Assembly: GCA_963739515.1 (NCBI GenBank)
Contig: CAVUAO010000002.1
Location: forward strand, 156,880-220,879
DNA from: an uncultured Chloroflexia bacterium
GTDB taxonomy: Bacteria; Chloroflexota; Dehalococcoidia; Dehalococcoidales; RBG-16-60-22
Direction of reading: 5' to 3'
Length of the DNA stretch: 64,000 nt
Within the stretch, counting starts at the first letter, position 1. The number at the start of each line of letters is the position of its first letter. This document shows positions 38,628 through 48,166 of this stretch, one piece after another. The notes beneath the pieces were generated by a model, which was given only the letters and a program-made list of their open reading frames with translations, was not told the origin of the DNA and did no database searches. Both the position numbers and the translations under genes were made by a program.

Positions 38628-39233
38628 TTGAATATGCGTAAATTATCCGTTTTCATAACTGCCGATGCTTTATTAGCCGCGGTTCTTCTCGTTTGGGCAC
38701 AACTATGGATACAACCGTACGCTCAGATATGGGGAGATTGGTATGCTGCATGGCAATCAGATCCAACAAAGTCAGAACAAATAATGACTCTATTCGATAG
38801 ATTGGGCCCTAATATAAACATCGGGCTTGCATGGACATATTTAGCTGTGTTATGCGCACTAATGGCGCTTGTTTGGATTGGTTGCAAGTCGTTTAAATAT
38901 GGTATAGAATTTACTCCTAATTTTTCTTTAGGCTTATTCTTTGCCTCGATTACTTTGGCAATTTTAGAAGTAGGACAATCTTTTGTCTCTATAGTAATAA
39001 AAACTTTTGATGTAAATTCAAAGTTATTTCAAGTAACAACAAGAGTTCCTATATATTTGGCTATAGGATTATATATAATTGCTATTTTAATTATTGTATG
39101 TACTACTTTGGGAACCTGCATATCTAGACAGAGTAGATTTAGAATTGTTCCTTGGATTGTATATGGTTTATTAGTTAGTGGTGGAACAGTTTGGGTTATT
39201 GTTACTTTGGTGCATTTGGCGTATTTTTCGTGA
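38628..39233 (+). CDS. AT-rich multi-pass membrane protein of unknown function
   Basis: 201-aa ORF with about 5 hydrophobic segments; base composition distinct from the flanks. Confidence 0.65.
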   Translation: MNMRKLSVFITADALLAAVLLVWAQLWIQPYAQIWGDWYAAWQSDPTKSEQIMTLFDRLGPNINIGLAWTYLAVLCALMALVWIGCKSFKYGIEFTPNFSLGLFFASITLAILEVGQSFVSIVIKTFDVNSKLFQVTTRVPIYLAIGLYIIAILIIVCTTLGTCISRQSRFRIVPWIVYGLLVSGGTVWVIVTLVHLAYFS

Positions 39234-39353
39234 AAGTAGATATTTCTTAACTTACTCTTCTCTCGCCACATCCTTTTTTATTCCATCTTATCTTTTCCCA
39301 CCCGCCTCCCTCGTGCCATCGTTTTCTTACCGTTCTTTTCCCCTTTCCCCACA

Positions 39354-39438
39354 GGGAGTAGTCCCGCCGAGAGGGGGCGTAGCCCCCTCTCATCTATTTC
39401 CCCCTCTCCTCGCAGGAGAGGGGGTCAGGGGGTGAGGT
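39354..39438. repeat. Family A REP-like unit
   Basis: GAGAGGGGGC-GTA-GCCCCCTCTC plus CCCCCTCTCCT-CGC-AGGAGAGGGGG plus GGGGGTGAGGT. Confidence 0.85.
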
Positions 39439-39528
39439 CCCTCAGACACCATTGACATAAATTTTTAAACGGACTAAACTCTTACTAACCACCGGCAGCC
39501 AGATGAGAAATTGGGAGGTAAACCGTAA

Positions 39529-39915
39529 ATGTATTGTACCAAATGCGGTGCTCAAAACTCGGATGATGCCAAGTTTTGTCGTAACTGTGGCACGGCTTTG
39601 ACCCCAGTAGCCGCCACCTCTCCTCAAACCGTGATTAATGTGGCGCCAACCGCCGCACCGGCAACCCGCACCAGCGGTATGGCTACCGCCTCTCTGGTTC
39701 TCGGCATTATCGGTTTATTTATCAACCCCTTATCTATCCTGGCAATTATTTTCGGCGGCATCGGCATAGCTCAAACTGGCCGGGACGCCACTCTCAAAGG
39801 CCGGGGCATGGCGGTGGCCGGCCTTATCCTGGGCATAATCGTCGTTCTTGCCTGGATTGCCATTATTATCTGGGCTGGCACGGCCTTCTGGTGGCTGTAC
39901 AACTTTAATTTTTAA
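39529..39915 (+). CDS. Zinc-ribbon plus DUF4190-like membrane protein
   Basis: MYCTKCG..DDAKFCRNCG; TSGMATASLVLGI...KGRGMAVAGLILG. Confidence 0.85.
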   Translation: MYCTKCGAQNSDDAKFCRNCGTALTPVAATSPQTVINVAPTAAPATRTSGMATASLVLGIIGLFINPLSILAIIFGGIGIAQTGRDATLKGRGMAVAGLILGIIVVLAWIAIIIWAGTAFWWLYNFNF

Positions 39916-40043
39916 TATCGCCAGTGCCCGTTGACTTCTTTCTGGTTACTTGGTTCAAGGACATTACCAAAGTAGCGACGACCTACGTGTATTTCCTGCT
40001 GCGTCTGCGTTAGCCTGGCATAGCTTGAATAACTATTCGGAGG

Positions 40044-40071
40044 CTAACCCGCCATCATATATTTCGTTTTA
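40044..40071 (+). promoter_or_regulatory. Candidate ECF sigma-dependent promoter
   Basis: CTAAC-N16-CGTTTTA upstream of the DUF998-like gene. Confidence 0.5.
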
Positions 40072-40121
40072 TTAATAGGGGTAATCTTGTTGCCTGAGCT
40101 CTTCACGGTTATAATATAATT

Positions 40122-40860
40122 ATGGTTCTTGTTGCTGTCTCGGAAAAAGTGGGCTTGCGCCGCTTATCGTTAATCATAGCTTTTATAAAACAGATGAATG
40201 GTGTTAGCCTGTTAGCCCTGGCTGGCATGGCCGGACCATTGGTACTGGCCGTTACCGATCTTACCGCGGCGATGACCAGTCCCGGTTACAGTCTCATCAG
40301 GAATTCCATCAGCAGCTTGGCGCTCACCTCTCTGGGGTGGCTCCAGACGATTGGTTTCCTGGCTATCGGACTACTCGTGGAGATATTTACCGCCGGGCTT
40401 CTCTTTCATATCAAGCGGGCGCGCGGTTTCCGGTTCGGTATCGCGCTGCTTGGTTTTCTTCGGCTTCGCTTTATTGCTCATCGGTGCTTTCCACACCGAC
40501 GCGCTTGGCGTCGGCCGCACTATCGAAGGGAAAATCCACGGTGCCACCGCCACCGCGGCTTTCTGGATTTTCCCGGCGGCGATTCTGGCGATGTTACCCA
40601 GCCTGCGGAAAGACCCTGACTGGAAGAGCATTTTTAAATACTCCATTATCGCCTGTTGCCTGGGCGTGGTCCTGGTAGTAACGTTGGGCATCCTCCCCGA
40701 CGAGACAAGCTGGTTCGGCCTGCTGGAAAGGATTGTCGTGGCGAACATGATACTCTGGGTGGAAGTGGCGGCCATCAAGCTCCTGTTTCTCTCGGTAAAT
40801 CGGGGGCAACCGGCCGCGGCTAAAGAGGAAATAAAGGAGACATCCGTTGCCTTGTCTTGA
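40122..40860 (+). CDS. DUF998-like membrane protein (frameshift near 40453; start uncertain)
   Basis: PGYSLIRNSISSLA in frame 1; F.TD..T..G.IH and GLLER in frame 2. Confidence 0.75.
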
Positions 40861-40936
40861 CGCCCTGTTATGGCTCGGGTATTATCAGACTATCTGGTAA
40901 TAATGTCTGGTTATTAAGGAGTTGATATAAAAGCCC

Positions 40937-41953
40937 ATGATTGTTGAAATGAGGACTGGCGCCACCCGTGGTGAAATCGATGACGTGGTGCGCAAAGCCA
41001 GGTCGCTGGCGCTTGACGTCCAGTTAAATATCGGCACGGACAAAACGGTGGTGGCGATACTGGGGAGCAATACCGGCCAGATATCGACCGATTTGTTTGA
41101 GATATTGCCCGGCGTGGAACACGTCACCCGTATTATGAAGCCCTACAAGCTCGCTTCCCGCGAGTTTCATCGCACGGATACACTGGTGGATTGCGGCGGG
41201 GTAAAAATCGGCGGCGAACGTGTGGTGGTTATTGCCGGTCCCTGCGCCGTGGAGAGTGAAAAACAGCTCATGCAGGCGGCCGAAGGCGTGAAAAAGGCCG
41301 GGGCCACCATCCTGCGCGGCGGGGCTTTCAAACCCCGCACCTCCCCCTTCAGTTTCCAGGGCTTGCAGGAGAAGGGGCTGGAGCTTCTGGCTAACGTTAG
41401 ACAGCAGCTCGATATCCCCGTCGTCACGGAAGTGGTGAATCCCCAGGATGTCCAGCTGGTCTCCGACTACGCCGATATGTTGCAAATCGGCTCGCGGAAT
41501 ATGCAGAATTTCTCCCTTCTAACCGATGCCGGCAAAAGCGATCGGCCGGTGGTCCTTAAACGCGGCTTTTCCTGCACGATTACGGAGTGGCTTACCGCCG
41601 CCGATTACCTGCTGGCCGAAGGGAAAAATCAGGTAGTGCTTTGCGAGCGCGGCATCCGGACGTTCGAGGATAGCATCCGCTTCTCTCTGGATATTTCCGC
41701 CGTTCCGGTCATCAAAAAGAACAGTCACCTGCCGGTAATCGTCGACCCTAGTCACGCCGCCGGACATTATTCGCTCGTGCCGGCGATTGCCAGGGCGGCC
41801 ATTGCTGCCGGCGCCGATGGTCTTCTGATTGAGGTCCATCCTAATCCCAAGGAAGCTCTGGTCGATGGCCTTCAGTCTCTCTCGCTCTCGGATTTCTCGC
41901 GTCTTATGGTAGAATTACAGTCGGTCGCTAAGTCCGTGGGCAGGTATATTTAA
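40937..41953 (+). CDS. aroF: DAHP synthase, type I-beta with N-terminal regulatory domain
   Basis: IAGPCAVES, RGGAFKPRTSP..FQG, QIGSRNMQNF, LCERG, DPSH. Confidence 0.95.
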   Translation: MIVEMRTGATRGEIDDVVRKARSLALDVQLNIGTDKTVVAILGSNTGQISTDLFEILPGVEHVTRIMKPYKLASREFHRTDTLVDCGGVKIGGERVVVIAGPCAVESEKQLMQAAEGVKKAGATILRGGAFKPRTSPFSFQGLQEKGLELLANVRQQLDIPVVTEVVNPQDVQLVSDYADMLQIGSRNMQNFSLLTDAGKSDRPVVLKRGFSCTITEWLTAADYLLAEGKNQVVLCERGIRTFEDSIRFSLDISAVPVIKKNSHLPVIVDPSHAAGHYSLVPAIARAAIAAGADGLLIEVHPNPKEALVDGLQSLSLSDFSRLMVELQSVAKSVGRYI

Positions 41954-41971
41954 CCGGTACGGGAAGGTAAG

Positions 41972-42727
41972 ATGATAAAAGACCTATCGATTTTGCAGGT
42001 TGACGACATCTCCATCGTCGGGCAGCTGTTCCTGCCTGATATCAACGTTAAATACCCTCTGGTCTGCCTCTGTCACGGCGCTCCCTCCGCCGATATTTCT
42101 CAGCCTGGCGATGGTGGCTATCCGGATTTGGCGGAAAGTCTTTGCCGGAACGGCCTGGCCGTCTATTGGTTTAACTTCCGCGGGACCGGGGAAAGCGGCG
42201 GTAATATCGACCTTGCCGGATGGACCCGTGACCTGCAGGCTGTCCTTGATTACCTGTGGAGTCTGGATAGTTTCGATAAAGCTAATCTGTCGCTGGCCGG
42301 TTTCAGCATCGGCGCGGCCATCGCTGTCTACGTGGCTTCCCAGGATAATCGGGTCTCCAGGGTGGCGGCCTGCGCTTGTCCGGCGGCAGTCACGCCTCTT
42401 AATCAGGACAATAACTGGCAATCGCTTATCGCTCACTTTCGTGAAATCGGGGCTATCAGGGATGAAGGTTTTCCGCCATCGGTGGAAGAATGGGTCGCCA
42501 ATTGCCAGCGTCTTCATCCTATCAGCCACATCGCCGGCATCGCCCCCCGACCTTTGCTTATCTTACATGGCAGTGAGGACAATACCGTTCCCGTGGACGA
42601 TGCTCAGCAGCTTTACGAGAAAGCTGGGCTGCCCAAACAGCTGGTTATTATTGATGGGGCCGGCCATCGGTTGCGCCGGGATAAGAGGGCCGTTGATGCC
42701 CTTTTAAACTGGTTGAAGCCTCGCTAG
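41972..42727 (+). CDS. Alpha/beta hydrolase
   Basis: CHG, FNFRGTGESGG, GFSIG, LHGSED.TVP, GAGH. Confidence 0.88.
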   Translation: MIKDLSILQVDDISIVGQLFLPDINVKYPLVCLCHGAPSADISQPGDGGYPDLAESLCRNGLAVYWFNFRGTGESGGNIDLAGWTRDLQAVLDYLWSLDSFDKANLSLAGFSIGAAIAVYVASQDNRVSRVAACACPAAVTPLNQDNNWQSLIAHFREIGAIRDEGFPPSVEEWVANCQRLHPISHIAGIAPRPLLILHGSEDNTVPVDDAQQLYEKAGLPKQLVIIDGAGHRLRRDKRAVDALLNWLKPR

Positions 42728-42816
42728 TCGCCTTTCAATAAATTGACTGGCCAGCTTGGTTTAAGCTATAATTAGAGTGTAGAGTTTGCCAGGACGGGAT
42801 TAAAGGCAGGTTATTC

Positions 42817-44244
42817 TTGCACGAGTCTTGCGGCGTTTTTGGTGTTTATTCCCCCAATGAGGATGTAGCCCGTCTTACTTTTTTCGCTTTATTTGCCCTG
42901 CAGCACCGCGGCCAGGAAAGTTCCGGCATTGCCACCGCCGACGGTAAGAAGATCGGGATTTTTACCGGCATGGGCAGGGTCGCCAACATTTTTACCGAGG
43001 CATCGCTCAGCCAGTTGACCGGGCATATCGCCATCGGTCACAACCGCTATTCTACCTCAGGCTCCAGCCGGGCCGCCAACGCCCAGCCGATTCTGGTAGG
43101 CAACGATTCGGAGACCATCGCCATCGCGCATAACGGCAACGTCATTAACGCCGCTCATCTTTATCAGGAGCTGGTGGCGCAGGGCTATAAGTTTAACGGT
43201 TCCACGGATTCTGAAGTAGTCGCCTACCTCATTCTTTCATCTCCGGGCAAGACCTGGGTGGAGCGGATTCGCTATGCCATGCGCCGCCTGCAGGGGGCTT
43301 ATTCGCTGGCGGTCATGACCCCCAGGGAGTTATATGCGGTGCGTGACCCGTTAGGTGTGCGACCGTTGTGCCTGGGTACCATTGACCACGGTTGGGTGAT
43401 CGCCTCCGAGACCTGCGCTCTGGACCATATCGGTGCGGATTACGTCCGTGAGATAGAACCCGGCGAGATCGTGCTTATCGGCGAGAACGGCATCGAGAGC
43501 TTCCCCGGCGAATCGAGCAAAAGGGCTACCTGTATCTTTGAGTTTATCTACTTCGCCCGTCCCGATAGTGTGATTAACGGCAAACTGCTTTATCCGGCCC
43601 GGCAGGCGATGGGGGCAGGACTGGCGCGCGAATACCCGGTAGACGCCGACCTGGTTTTTGGCGTGCCTGATTCGGCCACGGCGGCCGGTACGGGATATGC
43701 CCGGGAATCCGGCATCCCCGTCGTTGAGGGACTGATTAAAAATCGTTATGTAGGGCGTACTTTTATCGAACCGGACCAGCGTATCAGAGACCTGGGTGTC
43801 AAACTGAAGTTCAATCCCTTGCCCCAGGTGCTGGACGGCGAGCGCGTGGTCGTCGTTGACGATAGCATCGTGCGCGGCACGACGACCCCCAGCGTGGTGA
43901 AGATATTGCGTAAGGCGGGCGCCAAAGAAATTCACATGCGTATCTGCGCGCCTCCCATTCGCCATCCCTGCTTTTTCGGCGTGGATATGGCGACCCGGCG
44001 CGAGCTTATCGCCGGCCAGAAGAGCATACCGGAAATCTGTAAATTTATCGGGGCCGATACCCTCGGTTACCTCAGTATCGACGGCCTGATAAAGGCGGTC
44101 GACTTGCCGAGGGATAATTTCTGCCTGGCCTGTTTTACCGGTGATTACCCGATACCGGTCCAGCTGGAAATGGACAAGCTGGCTCTGGAGACCATCGGCC
44201 CCGGCAATCAGAAGGATGTCTGCGAAGGCACCGACGGAAGGTAG
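42817..44244 (+). CDS. purF: Amidophosphoribosyltransferase
   Basis: CGVFG, QHRGQE, GHNRYST, VDDSIVRGTT, Fe-S cysteines (CLAC). Confidence 0.98.
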   Translation: MHESCGVFGVYSPNEDVARLTFFALFALQHRGQESSGIATADGKKIGIFTGMGRVANIFTEASLSQLTGHIAIGHNRYSTSGSSRAANAQPILVGNDSETIAIAHNGNVINAAHLYQELVAQGYKFNGSTDSEVVAYLILSSPGKTWVERIRYAMRRLQGAYSLAVMTPRELYAVRDPLGVRPLCLGTIDHGWVIASETCALDHIGADYVREIEPGEIVLIGENGIESFPGESSKRATCIFEFIYFARPDSVINGKLLYPARQAMGAGLAREYPVDADLVFGVPDSATAAGTGYARESGIPVVEGLIKNRYVGRTFIEPDQRIRDLGVKLKFNPLPQVLDGERVVVVDDSIVRGTTTPSVVKILRKAGAKEIHMRICAPPIRHPCFFGVDMATRRELIAGQKSIPEICKFIGADTLGYLSIDGLIKAVDLPRDNFCLACFTGDYPIPVQLEMDKLALETIGPGNQKDVCEGTDGR

Positions 44245-44314
44245 CGGCAAACCCCCATTTCATCATTTTTCCCACGTTATCCCGAAATCCCCCTTGCCTT
44301 TTTATACCAGCCTG

Positions 44315-44343
44315 TTGACAGAGTCGCCCGCGTCATATATACT
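44315..44343 (+). promoter_or_regulatory. sigma70-type promoter of lexA
   Basis: TTGACA-17 bp-TATACT. Confidence 0.8.
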
Positions 44344-44349
44344 TATTCT

Positions 44350-44363
44350 AGAACAGGTGTTCT
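44350..44363. promoter_or_regulatory. SOS box (LexA operator)
   Basis: AGAAC-AGGT-GTTCT, Gram-positive-type GAAC-N4-GTTC, just downstream of the lexA -10. Confidence 0.88.
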
Positions 44364-44391
44364 TTAAGCGCGTCTCCTCAGAGGAGTCGGC

Positions 44392-45033
44392 ATGAAAAAG
44401 CTATCGGATAAACAAAGACGCATCATCCGCTATATCGACCGTTTTCTTTCCGAAAAAGGGTATCCGCCGTCTATCAGGGACATCCAGACCGGCTGCAAAA
44501 TTAGCTCGACGTCCGTGGTGGACTACAATCTGAATATTCTGGAGAGCCGGGGATATCTGGAGCGCGAAGCTGACGTATCACGCGGCATCAAGATGCTTAA
44601 TCGAGAACCGACCGCGGAAATGCTGGTGGCGGTGCCGGTTATCGGCCTGATTGCCGCCGGCCAGCCTATCCCGGTGCCTACTCCCGATACCTGGAACACG
44701 ACGGAGACCGCGGAGACCATGACGCTACCGCGCGAGCTCACCCGTGATAGGGACGGCATCTATGCCCTGCGGGTAAAGGGCACCTCCATGATCGACGCGC
44801 TGATTAATGACGGCGATATCGTCCTGATGCAGCACGTTAACAGCGTGGCCAACGGCGAGATGGCCGCCGTCTGGCTCAGGGAAGAAAAAGAAGCCACCTT
44901 GAAAAAGGTTTTTATCGAGTCCACCCGCATCCGTCTCCAGCCGGCCAACGAACAGATGCGCCCGCTCTATGCTTCCCCGGAAAACGTCGAAATTCAGGGC
45001 AGGGTCGTTGCGGTTATCCGGCAAGTAGGTTGA
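44392..45033 (+). CDS. lexA: SOS repressor LexA
   Basis: GYPPSIRDI..SSTSVV, IAAGQP cleavage site, LRVKGTSM, ATLKK. Confidence 0.97.
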   Translation: MKKLSDKQRRIIRYIDRFLSEKGYPPSIRDIQTGCKISSTSVVDYNLNILESRGYLEREADVSRGIKMLNREPTAEMLVAVPVIGLIAAGQPIPVPTPDTWNTTETAETMTLPRELTRDRDGIYALRVKGTSMIDALINDGDIVLMQHVNSVANGEMAAVWLREEKEATLKKVFIESTRIRLQPANEQMRPLYASPENVEIQGRVVAVIRQVG

Positions 45034-45053
45034 GTCCGACCTGCCGTAGGACG

Positions 45054-45972
45054 CTATTTCTTGTAGACCGGGGTGCACCAGTGCAGGTACTTGGGGTTAT
45101 TGCCCCGGATGACTTTCGCGTACATTTCCTGTAGTTTGGCTGTTATCGGCCCTATCTCGCCGTTGCCTATCTTGCGGTGGTCGACTTCGGACACGGGCGT
45201 GACGTGGGCGGCCGTCCCGGTGAGGAAGCATTCATCGGCGAAATACAGTTCGCTGCGGTCGATCGCCCGGTGGACCGTTTCAATTCCCAGCTCTTTTTCC
45301 GCCAGTTCGATGACGGTATTGCGGGTGATGCCCATCAGGATGTTATTCTGACTGGCCGGCGTGACCAGCTTGCCGTCTATTACCAGAAAGATATTTTCGC
45401 CGCTTCCTTCGGAGATATGGCCGTCCGGCGCAAGCATAATCGCTTCGTCAAAGCCATTGCTCACTGCTTCGGTCTTTGCCAGGGCGTTATTGATATAGAT
45501 GCCGGTGGCTTTTATCTGGGGAGGAATTACGTTGTCCTCCGGGCGGTGCCATGAGGAAACACAGCAGCGGGCTTTATCCACGTCCAGGTAGGGGCCCCAC
45601 GGTATCACGAACATGAAAAGGTCGTGCTCCAGATTATGGAGGCGGACCCCCAGTGCCTCTGAGCTCGTATAAGCTACCGGTCGTATATACACGTCTTCTT
45701 GGAAGGCGCATTTTTTTACCAGCTCCACGGTCTTCTGGCAGATGTCTTCGATGGAATAAGGGAGTTTTATCTTCAGGACGTGGCAGCCCTGTGCCAACCG
45801 CTCGTAGTGCTCTTTCATACGGAAGATATAGGTCTGTTTCTTTTCGGCGTTCCAGTTGCCCCGTATGCCCTCGAAGACACCCGTGCCATAGTGGATAAAG
45901 TGGGTCATTATCCCTATCTTGGCTTCTTCCAGGGGCATTAAGCTTGTTCTGAAAAAACGCGTATGACGGCAT
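45054..45972 (-). CDS. ilvE: Branched-chain amino acid aminotransferase (indel near 45940)
   Basis: HYGTGVFEGIR, KATG.Y, EGSGENIF, GITR, GTAA. The N-terminus MPSYAFFQNKL from ATG 45972 joins after removing one base. Confidence 0.93.
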
Positions 45973-46084
45973 ATGGGTCTCCTTTCCGGTTACCGTTCAT
46001 TATAGCTTTAATTGAGGCGGAAAAACAAGAGGGTGGCAACCGCGTATCCGAACGAAATAGCTACGTGGTATAATACTTGAACGT

Positions 46085-46680
46085 ATGGGTATCGCTAGCG
46101 AGACAAAGACTCGCAGGAAAAGGGTACTGACCTGGCTGAAGAGGAGCATTGTCCCGCTGGCCGGCCTGGTGGGGACTATAGCGGTGGTTATCGTTCTCGG
46201 GTGGCTTTACCTGCGGTACCCTGGTTTTTTTGACAAACTTAAAGGCTACGGATATCTTGGCGTTTTTGTTATCAGTGTCATTCTGAACGCCACCATTATT
46301 GTGCCGGTTAGCGCCATGGCGGTAATCTCCTCTTTAGGAGGAGCTTTGCCTCTCCCTTTCCTGGTCGGTCTGGTGGGGGCCGTGGGTGCGGCAATAGGAG
46401 AACTGACAGGTTACGTGGCCGGCCGCGCCGGCGGGACCTGCTGGCCAAGAACAAGATTTATCTCAGGGTAGAGGGGTGGGTACAGAGGTGGGGTATGGTC
46501 GCGGTACTTGTCCTCTCCATCTTCCCGTTCCTCTTCGATATCGTCGGCATCATCGCCGGGGCGACGCGTATGCCCGTATGGAAATTTATGGTCGCCTGCT
46601 GGCTGGGCAGGACCATATTATACGTCTCCGTGGCTTATCTGGGTTCCTATATATTTAAGGCTATACCGTGGCTGGGTTAA
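46085..46680 (+). CDS. VTT/DedA-like membrane protein (indel near 46433)
   Basis: GYLGVF..NATIIVP..GAAIGELTGY.AG in frame 1; PFLFDIVGIIAGATRMP in frame 2. Confidence 0.8.
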
Positions 46681-47938
46681 CTTTCTTTTTAATTTTAATC
46701 ACCAGGCCCGCGCCGATGACGAAATAGGCCAGGCATATCAGCAGCATGAAGTTATAACCGCTCAGGGCGTGGCGACTATTGAAAAAATCGATGCCGGGAC
46801 CGATAGTTCGTGCCAGGACCGCGCCGCCCGCCGTCGCCATATTGGCCACACCCAGATAACGCGCTTCTTCGCCCTTCGGCGCGAAATCCGTCGCCAGGGC
46901 CCAGTTCGTGCTGTTGAAGATTCCCATCGCCACCCCGATGATTCCGGCCGCCCACAGCACCGGGCCATACTCCTGGGATAAGGCGATAACCGCGATGCCG
47001 ACCGCCCCCAGCAGCCCCGCCGCTGCCGTGAGTAATTTTCTCCCTATCCTGTCGGAAAGGTAGCCGGCCGGCCAGACCACCAGCAGCATCCCTATCACGG
47101 CCACGAGCGAAAAGCGGAAGGTCGCCCCGGCGGGGTCGGCCACCCCGATGACGTCCTTGAGGAAGTATAAAGCGAACTGCTGAATGGTGGTGAAGGCCAT
47201 ATAAACGAGCAGGCGGGAGACCAGAAACCAGACAAAGCTGTGGTTTTTCCAGATGTCCTTGCTAAAAGTGCCGGATATCGTTGCCAGCAGCGGTATCCGT
47301 CTCAGTCCGACGGGCGCGGGGGGTTCTCTGACCAGAAAGAGCGTCGCCATCAGAGCGATGAAGATGACGATTATCAGTATCCCCAGGACCAGCCACAAAA
47401 AATGACTTTGCCCCGAGGAGGAATAGCGGTCCATGAAGACGCTGGAAAGATAAATCAGCAGCAGGCCGCCGGTAATCTCCAGCAGCCCTTTGACACCGGA
47501 AGCCCGCCCGTGTTTGTCCGCCGGGACGAGCTCCGGGATAAATGCCTGGTAGGGCCCCTGGGCGATATTGGTGGCTATCTGGAGCAGGCAGTAAACGGCG
47601 AAAAGGGCGGCGTAACCGCCGGCCAGGCCGATGCCCGGGATAAAAAGTAGAGCCAGCAGACCGCCCGCCATAATGAAAGGCCGGCGGCGACCCCACTTAA
47701 AGCGGGAGTTATCGCTGATGGCGCCGGCCAGGGGCTGAACGAACATCGCCAGTAAAAGGCCGGACAGGGTGAGCAGACCCAGGTAGCTGTTTTTTTGCGA
47801 TTCCGGGACGAAATCCAGCAGGCGGACCGGCAGGGTGATGGTGTGCAGGCTCTGCCACAGGGCGGTAAGGGCAAAGCCGAAGATAGTTATCTTGACATAA
47901 TCCAGACGGCGGAACGGCTGAGAGCTTTGTTCTATCAT
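46661..47938 (-). CDS. MFS transporter
   Basis: QPLAGAISD..WGRRRPF, GYLSDRIGRK, about 12 TM segments. Confidence 0.92.
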   Translation of the reverse strand: MIEQSSQPFRRLDYVKITIFGFALTALWQSLHTITLPVRLLDFVPESQKNSYLGLLTLSGLLLAMFVQPLAGAISDNSRFKWGRRRPFIMAGGLLALLFIPGIGLAGGYAALFAVYCLLQIATNIAQGPYQAFIPELVPADKHGRASGVKGLLEITGGLLLIYLSSVFMDRYSSSGQSHFLWLVLGILIIVIFIALMATLFLVREPPAPVGLRRIPLLATISGTFSKDIWKNHSFVWFLVSRLLVYMAFTTIQQFALYFLKDVIGVADPAGATFRFSLVAVIGMLLVVWPAGYLSDRIGRKLLTAAAGLLGAVGIAVIALSQEYGPVLWAAGIIGVAMGIFNSTNWALATDFAPKGEEARYLGVANMATAGGAVLARTIGPGIDFFNSRHALSGYNFMLLICLAYFVIGAGLVIKIKKKVNPATV

Positions 47939-47989
47939 GGCTTTTTATCCCTGAAAGCATAGCAGAATGGGTAATAAGAAGGCAATAAC

Positions 47990-48099
47990 GGGGCGTTAAA
48001 GAGGGGCGGAGCCCCTCTTTCTTTTCTTCCCCCTCTCCTTTTCGGGAAAGGGGGATTAAGGGGGTGAGGTCACCGGACTCCCGCTTGTACGGGAATTAC
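47990..48099. repeat. Family A REP-like unit followed by an inverted, degenerate family B-type hairpin
   Basis: AAAGAGGGGC-GGA-GCCCCTCTTT...GGGGGTGAGGT, then GGACTCCCGCTTGTACGGGAATTAC (48075-48099). Confidence 0.8.
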
Positions 48100-48166
48100 A
48101 CAAGCTAATGTTACCATCAGAGAGCTCTTTATAAACTGGACAGGTACATATATAATCATTGGTATC

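Noticed and set aside
39916..40060. Structured ncRNA (6S-like) in a 200-bp intergenic gap
   Set aside because: Only one local hairpin (GTTAGCCT/AGGCTAAC) is evident, with no long nested fold or family motif; part of the gap is explained by the ECF promoter candidate.
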